Below are positions 25,456-37,160 of a stretch of 64,000 nt of DNA, piece by piece. Origin of the DNA: Azolla caroliniana. Its lineage: Eukaryota; Plantae; Polypodiophyta. Made by a program: the position numbers and the translations under genes. The stretch's first letter is position 1. Each line of letters begins with the position of its first letter. The notes under the pieces were generated by a model. The model was not told where the DNA came from. It worked only from the letters and a program-made list of their open reading frames with translations, and did not search any database. The DNA is taken from the NCBI GenBank assembly GCA_043228905.1, contig JBHGNT010000003.1, positions 24,118,001-24,182,000 on the forward strand, given 5' to 3'.

Positions 25456-28232
25456 ATGAGTGAAGATTCACCGTTCTCGATTGAAGAATATTGTTTGTCA
25501 TCAGACTCATCGTTTTCTACTGAAGAGTATTGTTTGTCAACAAAGTCACCATATTCGATTGAAGAATATTGTCTGTCGACCGAATCACCATATTCTATCG
25601 AAGAATATTGTCTGAGCTCATCTACAGGGAATGTAAATAATGACACATGTGAAGAGTTCTCTATTGAAGAATACGATATTAATAAAGATACGGAGAATGA
25701 AGGTAGTGCCCAGGAAACATTGAATAACATTGGCGATGGTCACAACAGAGAATTAGATTGTAATAAGGTTACACCAACCTCTATGCAGGAAGAGAAATCT
25801 GGGAGCCCTATGCATATTAGAAGAATCCCACGAAGAATTCGTCTAGCTAGATTTAGCTTGGTGACATCGGATAAACAGATTGGATTTGATGTCAAAAAAA
25901 TATGTTGTGCCCGTGGTTGTATGTCTATGATTGGAAAATCAAAGTTGCGAGAATTAAGGCGATACTATTTTTCGATGACCGGTGATGAGCAAGACACTTA
26001 CCTCGGGTCACATATGCAACTAGTATCCGACAAATGTACGGGGATCAAAGTATCATTCGAGTATTATATCTTCCATGCGCAACAGATATGTAGAGTTGCA
26101 TTCAAAATTGCGTTATGTGTTAGTAACATGCGGCTACATAGAGTACAACAACGTCTACTTAGCGGGGATCAGATGCTCAATTGTAAAGAGGTTCCAAGTA
26201 TGAAAGGTGCAATTGGAAGACATGCTATTGGTTGGATGAAAACTTACTTTCAGTTAAATTGTGAAGTAATGCCCACTACAGGTAGGATGCATCTTTCTGA
26301 TAATTATACACGTCGGGAAGTTTATGATGTCTATCGATCTGATATGTTGGGCTCACGTAATAAGTCTATCACCTATAGCCAATTCACAAGATTATGGAGA
26401 GCTCGGTTTTCAAATGTTATTATTCCTCGTAAAGTACGTATGGGGTATTGCTCCATTTGTGCAAATCTTAAAAGTTTGGCAAAAGGTGCAAAGACATCAG
26501 TGGAAAAGGATACGAGTAAGAAGTTACTACAAGAGCATCGTGAGGCACAATCCTTAGAACGAAAGAAGGCAATGCATCATAGAGAGAAGTGTTTGAAGAG
26601 GCCCGAACAATACATGTGCTTAATGATAGATGGCATGGACCAGAAGAAGACATGCTTGCCGCATATGCAGAGGCTCCCCAAAGATGTCAATGATGAGTGC
26701 CTTGTTCAAATGCACTTGGTGGGATGCTTGGCTTATAATAGGTCTGTTCGACCTCACGTCTTCATTACTTACCCCAATGTTCACAATGACCCTAACCTAA
26801 CAATTACAGTGATTCACCGAGTTTTGATGTCTTGGGGCCAACCTTTCCCCCCTGTTCTATACATTCAATTGGACAATACTGCTAGAGAGAACAAAAATTC
26901 AACTGTATTTGGCTATCTAAGTATGTTGGTCAACCTAGAATTGTTTAGGAAAGTGAAAGTCAATTTCCTTTTGGTTGGCCACACACATGACCATATAGAT
27001 CAGATGTTTAGCACATTCTCTAGACAGTTGTCTCGGCATGATGCTTTCACTTTACCTAAACTATTTGATGTCATTTGTGATGCTTATACACCACGCCCAA
27101 AAGTGTTACACTTGAAGGAGGTATATGACTTTAAGAGATATATATTAGATGGGGGTGGTGGGAATGTTAAAGTGCTTGCTCAGTTAAACAATATAAGTTT
27201 CAATCACATTTTTATGATAAAGAAAAATGGAATAAGTGGTTCTACACTTTTGTATGCTAAACAATATTCATCTTCTACAACATGGGAACTTGAAGGTGGT
27301 TGCCAGTTATTACTTTGTATGTCGAGTACAATTGTCCATGGAGCTAAGCAAATGCCAATTGAGAAGAAAGGACAGTTGCAGAGCGACTTGGTATCAGAAC
27401 AAAACGGTCATGGCTCCAAGCCTTAGAAGAAAAAAGAAAGCATATTGAGGCCGCCAAGAAATATGCCGCACAACAAGACACGTCATGGTGGGATGTATTT
27501 TATAGTGATTAGAAAGAAATTATAGACAATTGTGTATCTGTTGATAATTGGAATTTGGAAACGCCATTCACATGGTCGCTACAACATGATCGCGTAAATA
27601 GAATTCCGGAGCAACTAGTAAATGCGATTAATGACAGCTTGGTCCATCCACAACAAAGAGACATTTATGTGGGACCAAGGATGACCAAAGCAGCCGAAGC
27701 TAGATGGCAAGGCAATTTGCAAGAGCTCACCGCGGGGATGTTGATTGCAACGCCGACTGATGAGAACTCACATGGCCACCAATTTTGGGTTGGTAAAATT
27801 CTAGAAGTGCTAATGCATGAAATAGAAAACACGATCAAGTCTATAAATGTTCATTGGTACAACACTAGAAGTGCAAATGCTTTTACAGGTAAGTATACAT
27901 TGGAGATGATTGAATGCCCAACAAGAAGGGGAGGTAGGAAGAGGAAGCGAAACATTCGTAACACCTCGACCCTTGATATCTCTGATGTGGATATCATCGT
28001 GTACGACTTCACACTTACAAAAGCCGGACGATTAAGGAAGTCAACAATAGATATAATAAAAGAAAAATTACCAGGTCTACAAGGTGGCTCGAGTCAAAGG
28101 CAAACGAGATCTGCTACATATAATCTAGAGTCAAACCATTTGGTTTATGACGAAGATAATGCACTGATTGGTACATTCGAGGATGATGAGGAATCGTCAT
28201 TGTATATTAGTTATAGTAGTGATTCTCCGTAA
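25456..28232 (+). pseudogene. DDD transposase (Sola-like, DUF7869-type), about 925 aa reconstructed; first 656 codons open
   Basis: CSIC motif, LMIDGMDQ, LYIQLDNTARENKN and FLLVGHTHDHIDQMFS (three acidic catalytic positions). A 1-nt frameshift near 27403 and a TAG at 27510-27512 connect it to ORF 27555-28232. It lies inside the TIR/TSD-defined element. Confidence 0.8.
25468..25620 (+). repeat. 39-bp coding tandem repeat (SPF/YSIEEYCLS x4) at the transposase N-terminus
   Basis: Visible in DNA and in translation: SPFSIEEYCLS, SSFSTEEYCLS, SPYSIEEYCLS twice. Confidence 0.9.
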
Positions 28233-28699
28233 AGGAGTGATCATGAATGTATATTTGGTTATTAAGTGTAACTACATTCCGCTTGTAACAAATCGAGTAA
28301 TATAAAAGCATGTGTTTTGAATTCTTATGATTTCTAAAAAATCGTTTCTTATAAAATAACATTGGCCGTAAAGTTTGTGATATAAATTGAGAATGTATCT
28401 TTTTGAAATTCGTCTTTTTTTAGTTACTTCTAAATCACAAAAGTAGTGGATTTTTAACCTTTTTCATAGTATGTTTGAACATGTATGATACTGGTATCAA
28501 TGTGTTTTGTAAAATCATTGAAAAACCCCTAAAATTTCCCTTATCCTTCCATTTATGCGCGATCCTTCCACTTGTGAACGGGAACGTGTTAACCAGAATG
28601 TTCATCAAATTGGTTCAATGTATACAACCAAAATGAGATTCAAATATTGATTTAATATTACAAAAAAGTTGGCAATCCACATGAGATGGTACATCGAGA

Positions 28700-29353
28700 T
28701 CATATGTTTGATGTTACAAAGTACATAATGCTAGTGATTAAAATAACCCTAAGCTCAGAATCCTTTGTGACCATTTTGCCATGATTTTCCGAAGGAGCTC
28801 CACGTCTTCTAGCGCTAGAGATATGTCGTATAGCCAAATCGCCCAATGTCTTCATGTTGGCAGTCCGATGATTATTTAGTGAATCACAAAAAACAATTGG
28901 GCTCCTCACCTTGGCATCGAGACCTGTAGGAGTCTATCGCATCTTCATCCAAAGCACCCAATGTCTTCATGTTGGCAGTCCGATGATTATTTAGTGGATC
29001 GCAAAAAACAATTGGGCTCCTCACCTTGGCATCGAGACCTATAGGAGTATGTCGCATCTTCATGCAAAGCACCCAATGCCCTGAGCGCAATATTGGAATG
29101 AAGACATATTCCCGTTCAAGGACCCGAGTGAGTATGTCTTCTACCTTATCACTTTGGCCATCAAATGGTTGTACCCATAGTGGATCCACAATATGAAACT
29201 GCTTGTTGATCTCGAGGGGCAACGAGTACTCCATCCATAAGTGGAAGAGGGTCATCATCCATGTGGATGCCATCTCCCCTACAATGCACAACAAACATAG
29301 TTTTGCCTCTGTCAAAAAGACCGCTAGATCTAGTCTCGGCAAGCCACCTGAAA
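28700..29353 (-). pseudogene. Ulp1/C48 SUMO-protease-like gene fragment of the outer MULE, disrupted by a 115-bp tandem duplication (28842-29078)
   Basis: YVFIPILRSGHWVLC..IVFCDPLN matches the Ulp1 H..D catalytic pattern. The catalytic Cys region is not clearly intact. Confidence 0.65.
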
Positions 29354-29520
29354 CCTGTTTAGGCCAGATTAGTAATTACAAAAAAAACATGAAACTAACT
29401 ATTGATCTCGTGCCCCCACCATAACAGCATACCTAGTGAACTTATTTCTTGTTGTGTTATCCCATGTTTTCGTGATTGTCCCAGGATCAACAAAGACAAC
29501 CCCAATGTCCGCACCCTCAT

Positions 29521-30690
29521 CTATGTTAGATGATGTAATGAACGACAATTTACCAGGGTCCACTTTTTTTTCTTGCGGATTTGGATTTTAGGCCTCCTTG
29601 GTTGTCGGGTTGTCGATTCTGACGGTTGGTCTTGACCACCATCGATCTCAACACGTCCCTCATCTTCTGGCATGGGAAGCTCATGATTCTTACATTGAAA
29701 TTCATACATAAGATCCACACATAATCATTCACACACTGGATCTAGACTCACATAAGATGTACACATAATCATAAACCATACTTACATAAGCTTCAAACGC
29801 AGTCACAATCTTGAACTTCAATTTTGCCATCCTATGCTCCTTCCCCTCCGTCATACCTGGCCATCTCTTGGCTGACGAATATGTTCGAAGTGCGTCCGGA
29901 GTGGCTTTGAAGATCTTAATCGCTCTTATCCTCAACTTCCTCATGTGTGATTGGCGTGATCTTTTGTACTTTAGCTCCGGATCCAAAAAATGCTTTATTG
30001 ATCATTGTCTTTCGTAGTGGCTGAAGAATGACGTGGTTGTGCTCCTCATGTAGGTCGATTGCTCTTCTTCTTCTATCTTTAGCCCCCGAGGCAATATTAC
30101 ACGGATGCCATGTGCCTTCTGTAAGTGAGCCTCCATGTCAACTTTTTTGTGAAACCATCGTACCTCTTTTCTACATGAATCTCCAATGATACATTTGCGA
30201 CATTTGATACCTGTCGAGTCTCTTCCACAGTTGAAGAGGGACATAGGGTCCACTACAACAATGGTGTGACATTTGCATTAGAAAAACCCAATATATACTT
30301 ACTTCAATAATGATTACAAGTTTGATATCTTCAACACCTAGCCCCACGTCATGTGTGGGGTTCATACATCAGCTCACCATTTAGTTTGATATCTTCAACA
30401 CCTGGCCCCACGTCATGTATGGGGTTCGTATCCATGTTCGAGTCTTCAGTAATGATGTTTTCAACATCCATATCGATGGATTTGGGGCACCTAGCACCCT
30501 TTCTTACAAAAACCCTAAACCATCATTCAAGTTAGCACACAAACATCACTATTTATACAGAATATATAGTTGAGAAATGATTCAGGCCATACCTCCCTTC
30601 ATAGGGTATTATTTCACCCCAATCCGCATCAAAGTCTATGAAGGTCTTGGACCGACTAGCCATCTGTACAAAACACATGCCATCTTCAAA
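29521..30690 (-). pseudogene. Multi-exon unknown ORF of the outer MULE with a C2H2-like zinc finger
   Basis: CRKCIIGDSCRKEVRWFHKKVDMEAHLQKAHG, then FFSHYERQ*SIKHFLDPELKY. A homologue is kept in the neighbouring element (32235-32620: FFSNYERQWSIKHFLDLEVKY). Confidence 0.55.
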
Positions 30691-31297
30691 AACCACCAAT
30701 TTGTGCAACTCACATTTGTGCAACCCACCCAAGCAGTACATGATTGAAAGGTTCAGGTCTTTTTTCTTCTTACTCTGTTTCATATTAATATGGATTCCAT
30801 ATTATCTTATCAAGATTCTAAATATGATTCCATATTATCTTATCAAGATTTTTACTCTTGCATGTAGTGGAGGTCAATAATAATATGGATTCCAATTGCG
30901 AGGAAAATATGATTTCAAACACAAAACTCGAAGGTATAACCTCCACAAAGTCTGGTGATACATACCAGGTCTCGACAGTAGGACAACAGGTGGTGTGCCT
31001 CGCTGAAGATGCCTAAACCCTAAACCTCTGGCTTCCTATTTGAAAACAGGCAAAAATGATAGGTATATGGGTTTTTATACTCATCACAAACTAATGAGTC
31101 GGGCTCATTCTTTAGTGAGACGGGCTCCCCAAAAACAGAACTTTTTATGGTGCACTTTTTTGCACTTTTTCTTCATCCACATTGGACGGTGCAAATCGTA
31201 TGCGCTCTCATCTAACGACCTGCACCGTCCCTCTCTGCGATTCCCTCACTTGCCCTCATAAATATTTGGTAGTAGTTAGACACGTCGATGTGTGTAC

Positions 31298-31400
31298 TAT
31301 GTATGTATGTATGTATGTATGTATGTATGTATGTATGTATGTATGTACGTAGGTACGTAGGTACGTACATACGTACGTATGCATTATGTATGTATGTATG
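31298..31400. repeat. (TATG)n/(TACG)n microsatellite between the two MULE-like elements
   Basis: TATG run grading into TACG/TAGG variants. Confidence 0.95.
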
Positions 31401-33503
31401 GCTCATGTCTATGTGCACCCATATCATAAAGAGGCCTCGTGAGGAATCACGGTTGCGTGTGATCTGCACCATCAAATTTTTATTCAAAAAAGCGCGAGAG
31501 TTTCTGATAGCCCGAGTCTAACATCACCAATAGCCTAACTCTCTAACTGTAGGACCCCGACCGACTTAGGACAGGAGCCCGACTCTATATTCTTCCGCTC
31601 ATGGGATTTGGAAGTGTTTGGGAAGGTACCAATAAGTTATTGCGAAATGTCAAGTGTCGCTCCTCTTTTCACGCCAATTTGTGGCTTTCAACTTATTATA
31701 TTGCCTACCTCATTGGTTGATTTTGGTGCACCTAAACCATACACCTTTTGCGACAAATATGTCAATGTTTCCATACAATCCTCAACAAAAACATTTTTGA
31801 AGGATCCTATCCCTTCCTTGAGCCATTAAGTAGCTTCTCTCAACCATTTGTAGTTGATACTTCCATGATTCCATGTCAAATGTTTCTAGCTCCGTCTCTT
31901 CGTCTATTTTTTGCGATATCATCCATTTGCATTTGGGCTGCATGATCTATAAATGGTAGTGATCCACATAGGGATGGCATATGCCTCTCAATGATCATAT
32001 GAATTCCAAGTAAATGCTTACGTTTTGGTGTCGATTCAAACGACTGGTTATGCCCACAATAAGTTCATAAACCCTCATCATCTTCGCAAGCCCGTGAGTC
32101 TTACACTAAAATATCGAAGATTGGAATGAACATATTCGTAAAGCCATAGTCATCAATTTCATATTCATACTTACATAATATTCATATCTAGAAACAATCT
32201 TTAATTTCAGCGTCTCCATCCATTGGTTCTTTGTTTAATCGTATATTGTCATCTCATCACATGTGATATTGGCAACAAATTTTGATTCCGTGCAAGCTCG
32301 GAGTTCTTTCAGAATAACATAGTATTGTTTAAGCGCTCTCTGATAATTTTGATGAGATCTAATGTATTTTACCTCAAGATCCAAAAAATGTTTTATTGAC
32401 CATTGCCTTTCGTAGTTGCTGAAGAATGATGGACCATTAGTCTTTCCTAGAGTCGATTCCACCTCTTTTTCCATCTTTAGCCCCTTGGAAGCACTACATC
32501 AACGACATATGCCTTTTGCAAATGTGTCTCCATGTTAGATTTCTTCCTAAACCACCGTTGGACTAGTCGGCATAACTCAAACACTATACATGTTTGATAT
32601 TTGATCCCTACCTAATCTCAGCAACACTTAAAGAGCTAGAGTGGGTCACCTAAATCTAGTGTGACACATGCATTAGAATCAACCAATTTATACATAACTA
32701 TAAGCTGGATTACAAGGATGTACATCAACTCACCTTTTGGAGGAGCATCCAAAATTGATGGTTCATGTTCCGATATGGGGTTCACAATCTCATTGGTCTC
32801 TACCTTTGCCACCTCCGTGATGTTTTTAACCTCCATCTTGGGCAATACGTTGCTTCTAGTACCTTTTTCTTGCAAAACCTGTACCCAAAACAAGGAGCTT
32901 TTCATGAAACCCGTTTATCATGTTAGATAGCTTTTACAAGGAACTTTTTGACTGAACAATTTATTTTGATAGCAGCTAAAGAGAATATTACAATAATGTT
33001 TTCATTAATTCCCTTTGGCTCTTTTCAGATAATCAAAACCAATAAATCCATTCCCAAAATCTCAAAGCATGTTTGGAAAAATAGAAACCAATACCTCCCA
33101 ACTCAACATGTAGCGATACATGTGCAGGTCTAGGTGGTGATGGCTTCTTCCCTCCTAAAATCTTGGTTATCATCTAAAAATGTGAGAAAAATGACAAACA
33201 TCATGGTTTTAGTCTAGTACAATTATAAGTCGGGCTCCCTTTATGAGTCAGGAGATTGAGATGATAGGGCTCTTGCCTTTGAGTCAGACGACTATAGAGT
33301 GTCAAGTCGAGCAACTAATTTGAGCCAACCAACTAAGATTTAGATGGTCAGGCTACTCGAGATCCCAAAAGTAAGATTGTTTGATGGTGTGCTTTTTTTG
33401 GATAAAGATCTAATGGTGTAGATCGCACACGCCCTACACCGTTCGTGGTTGTGGTTCCCTTGTCAGGCCTCATTATGATTTGGGTGCAAAGATACTCGTC
33501 AGT
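31401..33503 (-). mobile_element. 2.1-kb non-autonomous, internally deleted relative of the outer MULE-like element
   Basis: TIR cores 31414-31437 and 33465-33488 match at 22/24 (TGCACCCA(T/A)ATCATAA(A/T)GAGGCCT), plus a second inverted block GTG(T/C)GATCT(G/A)CACCAT..TTTAT(T/C)CAAAAAAG. 31600-31780 aligns with 17797-17975 and 32340-32610 with 29945-30215. Shares the GGAGCCCGACT subterminal motif; both flanks are microsatellite. Confidence 0.8.
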
Positions 33504-36500
33504 GTATATGTGTGTGTGTGTGTATGTATGTCTCGAAACTCCTTATCCCATATGTGATGAAATGTAGAATTTCGACCCAACTATATCTTAATTGTGACCA
33601 AGTTTTTCTCACGTCGGACTAGTGTGACTCATTACGCAACCATCAAATATGGTTTACATGACCAATGGATAATCAAAGTGTGAAAGATGGTATGCCCCCA
33701 AACAAAACCAATACATGAAAAGCTGGTGGATTACTTTCGTGGTTAATTGCGCATCGAAGAAAGTAATGCGTGTTAAAAATTACATTCGTTTGGTTGTTAG
33801 GTAGTGTTGACAAGTAGTAACATTTTGGTTGTCAATTAATTTACTGCTTTGGTATTCGTTACTTTTGGATAAAGAAATGATCCTTTTCATTATTTTCAAA
33901 AACATTATGGTTTTATGATGATTTCCCATGATTATATATATTTCCTATTTTATTTGCAATGTCAACAAGAACAGGTTGAGGTTTTGTTATGGAGAACTAA
34001 AAGATTGACCAAGAATTACATTATTGAATGCGAAAAAGGCGCTACAAATGATCAATGCATAAAAGCATGCATGCGAGGGGTTCTTTTTCTAGCTCAAGTG
34101 AATCACTTTCATAATGTGACCTTTGGATATGGATTTGGGTTGATGTGTTGCACGCACACAATAGGGGGGTTTATGTATTGATATTACCAACCCACACATC
34201 TCGTAAGCACCACCATCGTGATGTTTTATGTTTCCAAGTCTTGAAAAGACTATTTTAGGAAGGAGAAATATCAAGAACTAGTGACACGGTAGTAAATAAA
34301 CATTATTTGGTTACAATTTCAAGGTATTATGATTAATGTGTTTGATAATTGATTTCCCAGCTGGATTTCGAAGTGCATGTTGATGTTGGTCAAGTTGACT
34401 TCACTAACGTATGTGTTACAAATAATATGTTCATAACTAGTATTTGCTCTCGTAGGAGCACTCTTTGGTGTTAATGTGCTATGTTTAGGCATGTAAGTTT
34501 GGGCCTTTTGGATTGTAAGCACATGTATATGATATATCTTGAACAACATGCAACTAAAGGATTATGATAAAATTACCCAAATTGCATGAATAATATGTTC
34601 CAATTGTAATATACAAATTACATACCATAGACTTGTAATATGCTCAAGGTATAATCTTGACGAAATGAGAGGAGAATCATATAAAATTTCCTTAACCTCA
34701 TACTTCGTGAGAAAATGAATTCAAAGCAACCCCCACGAAAATGGGATATGTCAAAGTTTTACTTTATTGAGATTTGGAGTTCAAAGTACGATAATTTATA
34801 CCAACATATTTATGTTCAAGGTTAAGTGTAATTTGGAAGTTTTCTACCATGAAATTTCTCATGAAAAGTTATCCACGATATATCCTAGATTTAGTTATAT
34901 GCCGCAAATTACTACTCGTCACCATCGAGAAAAATGGAAGTGGAATCATGGCATTTGTGCCAACAAACCTAGAAAATGTTGATAAATAACCTTTACAATT
35001 TGCAATGAAGATATCGTAAGGATGTGTACTTGAGTTTCAAGACTTTGGGAAAGAAATTGTATGTTGACAAGCAATGAATCAAAGAACTTTGGGCCCTGTC
35101 ACTGGAGTTTATGAAAAAAATGGAAGTGATTTAGAACAATATATATTAAGTACTAGTCTTAAGATAATTATGTGTTTTAGGTGTGGAAATTTATAAGCCA
35201 ATTTCTAGAAAGGATTTTTTAGCTCAAGCATCGTGTCCCACTTCGTGTATGATTGTATGATTACGTTATACTAAGAATCAACTTGGAAATTATGCTTATA
35301 AGAACATATCAACTAACTCAAACGCAAAATAAGCATCATTTTTAATAAAGGCTAGTAAGGTAAAAACAACATCGTCTAGGCATTTTTAATTAATTGATGT
35401 CCTTTTCTCTTATTGTTGCACACAAATATCTTCATGCATCGTTATCATGGTGTTATTTTTCCGATTCCTTAAAATGAAAGGAGTGGTCATCCTCTAGAAC
35501 CACTACTCAATTTCTTGGATATACATGCATGCTTGTATGATGTCACTAACAATACTACAAGCCAAAGCCTTCTTGTGTATCTCCAGACTCCAACCATCAT
35601 CATCATCAATCATGGGTGTCAATATTATTTCCTTTCTACCTTGATGGCAATGTTAAAGTTCTAATAAGAGATATCGACAAACCACAACTAATTCAAAAGC
35701 ATATGCAAAAATGTTGAGGATTTAGGGCCATTGGGAGAAAATGAAAGGAGCTAGCTAGTTGAGAGTTTTTTGGTTCATTATAACTAAATTCTAAAAAGTT
35801 CGTTATTCATTGCATAAGATATATTTATATAAGTAAAACATTGTCTACGACAAACTATGAAGGCTAGACATGCAAACACCCCTAAAAGGAGGAACAAACT
35901 CAAGGATTTCAATTCTTTCTTTTCCATAAGCTGTTATTCGCATAATTGAAATTACACCCAAATGCCTACATGTAAACATGTTTTTTAGCAATGTATCATC
36001 ACTTTGTAAATTATGTGCTTCTATAAACTCGACCTTAAACGATCACAACTCAAAAAGTACATGCTTTCTAGTTAAGATTTCATGTTTCCATCTTTGAAGA
36101 AATATATGTACACATGCTTTCAACAACAAAAAACATTTGTTAAATAGACATTCGAGGAGAGCGAAAATTTAAGGAGAGTATGTTTTGCAGCCAGGCCATC
36201 GAAGCTACCAAGGGATGTTTTCTTGGAATGTTATGAATAGAGTGTCTATGTGACTTACTATTATCTAGCTTTTTATTGATGGGGCTATTTTTTGTTCATT
36301 CATTTGAATTTTTTGTACAATTTATCTTGATTTATTCTTCACATATATGTGAGAACTTTGAGAATCAACATGTTAAACAAACCGTAATCAAGGACATTAT
36401 TATTCAGTTGGGTGATATAAATCACAAGGTTTTAATTATCTCATTTCAGTGCATGTAATGATAGAAAAAACCCAGAGGTTTAAAAGGCTTTTCCGAGTTG

Positions 36501-36579
36501 TCTACAACTACTCAAGAAAGGTAGTATACATTGTGATTCCATCAGGACCTGATCTTTGGCATTCATGTGAGTTGAGTGA

Positions 36580-37160
36580 ACATTGTCGATGGTGGAAGAC
36601 AAGATCTCAAGCGCCTTTATCACCAATGTCATCCCCTCCTCTTGATGTTCATATCTATCGATTGGGGGTTGCTAGGATGACCAACTTACATTTCCCCACT
36701 TGATTGAGCCTTGCACCTTGCATAATTGCAATATTCGGTCAACCCCCTCCATATTTGACGAGTCTTTGGGCAGTCATACAGAACATGTTGGATTGATTCT
36801 ATTTCATAGGGGGTATGCTACACAATTAGGAACAAAGGTTCTCTTGTTGCCATGCTTTGACCAACAATGACCTATATATTAATAACCATTGAAGCGTGGT
36901 AATTTGCCTAGCTTCTTGTTGTTTCCATAATTGTTGCCAAAACTTGTCAATAGTCATAGGGGGGACATGATATATGTGCCATATCTTTGCAATAGTTGGT
37001 TCTCTATTGGTTTGAGTAGCTAGGATTGTGGTGACCCAATTTGGTCGTGAATTGGAAGAAGGGGATAACTTTGTTACCTTGTCCCCCATGTGGATCACGC
37101 CACATCCATTGAAAACGGTCCCAACTGACCTTACATAGCCATGGGTTTTCATGAACACAT
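36580..37160 (-). mobile_element. L1-type LINE ORF2 C-terminal (zf-RVT) fragment
   Basis: KIWHIYHVPP..FWQQLWKQQEARQITTLQWLLIYRSL, followed by a degenerate Cys/His cluster. Clearly homologous to 48.0-48.45 kb. Confidence 0.7.

Larger units (their letters stand above)
19244..28590. mobile_element. 9.35-kb DDD cut-and-paste transposon (Sola-like) carrying a ParB-like/N6-N4 methyltransferase gene and a palindrome array
   Basis: 36-bp TIRs AACACGTTC(G/C)CGTTCACAAGTGGAAGGAT(T/C)GCGCAT at 19244-19279 and 28555-28590 (34/36). 4-bp TSD AACC at 19240-19243 and 28591-28594. Removing the element restores the flanking ACAACCAGAATG repeat unit. Confidence 0.92.
17081..31290 (-). mobile_element. Mutator-like (MULE) TIR element with MULE transposase, Ulp1-like protease and C2H2-like ORF; contains a nested 9.35-kb insertion
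   Basis: Inverted repeats 17084-17152 and 31216-31284 match at 65/69 nt (CGTG(A/T)CTAACTACTACCAAATATTTA(A/T)GAGGGCAAG...GGTGCAGGTCG). Both ends are flanked by TATG/CATA microsatellite. TSD cannot be resolved. Confidence 0.85.

Noticed and set aside
19244-28590. Bacterial contamination or prophage as the source of the ParB-MTase
   Set aside because: The gene has five frame-consistent GT-AG introns and a TATA box, and it sits in a TIR/TSD element nested in plant repeats.
17107-31260. Outer element as Sola3-like (TTAA|GAG...CTC|ATAA ends) mobilised by the DDD transposase
   Set aside because: Inverted identity continues about 25 bp outside the GAG/CTC in both related elements, the putative TSDs differ, and the DDD transposase has its own TIRs and TSD at 19244-28590.
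33600-36450. AT-rich stretch with exon-like fragments, possibly a decayed transposase
   Set aside because: No diagnostic motif or termini could be identified by eye.
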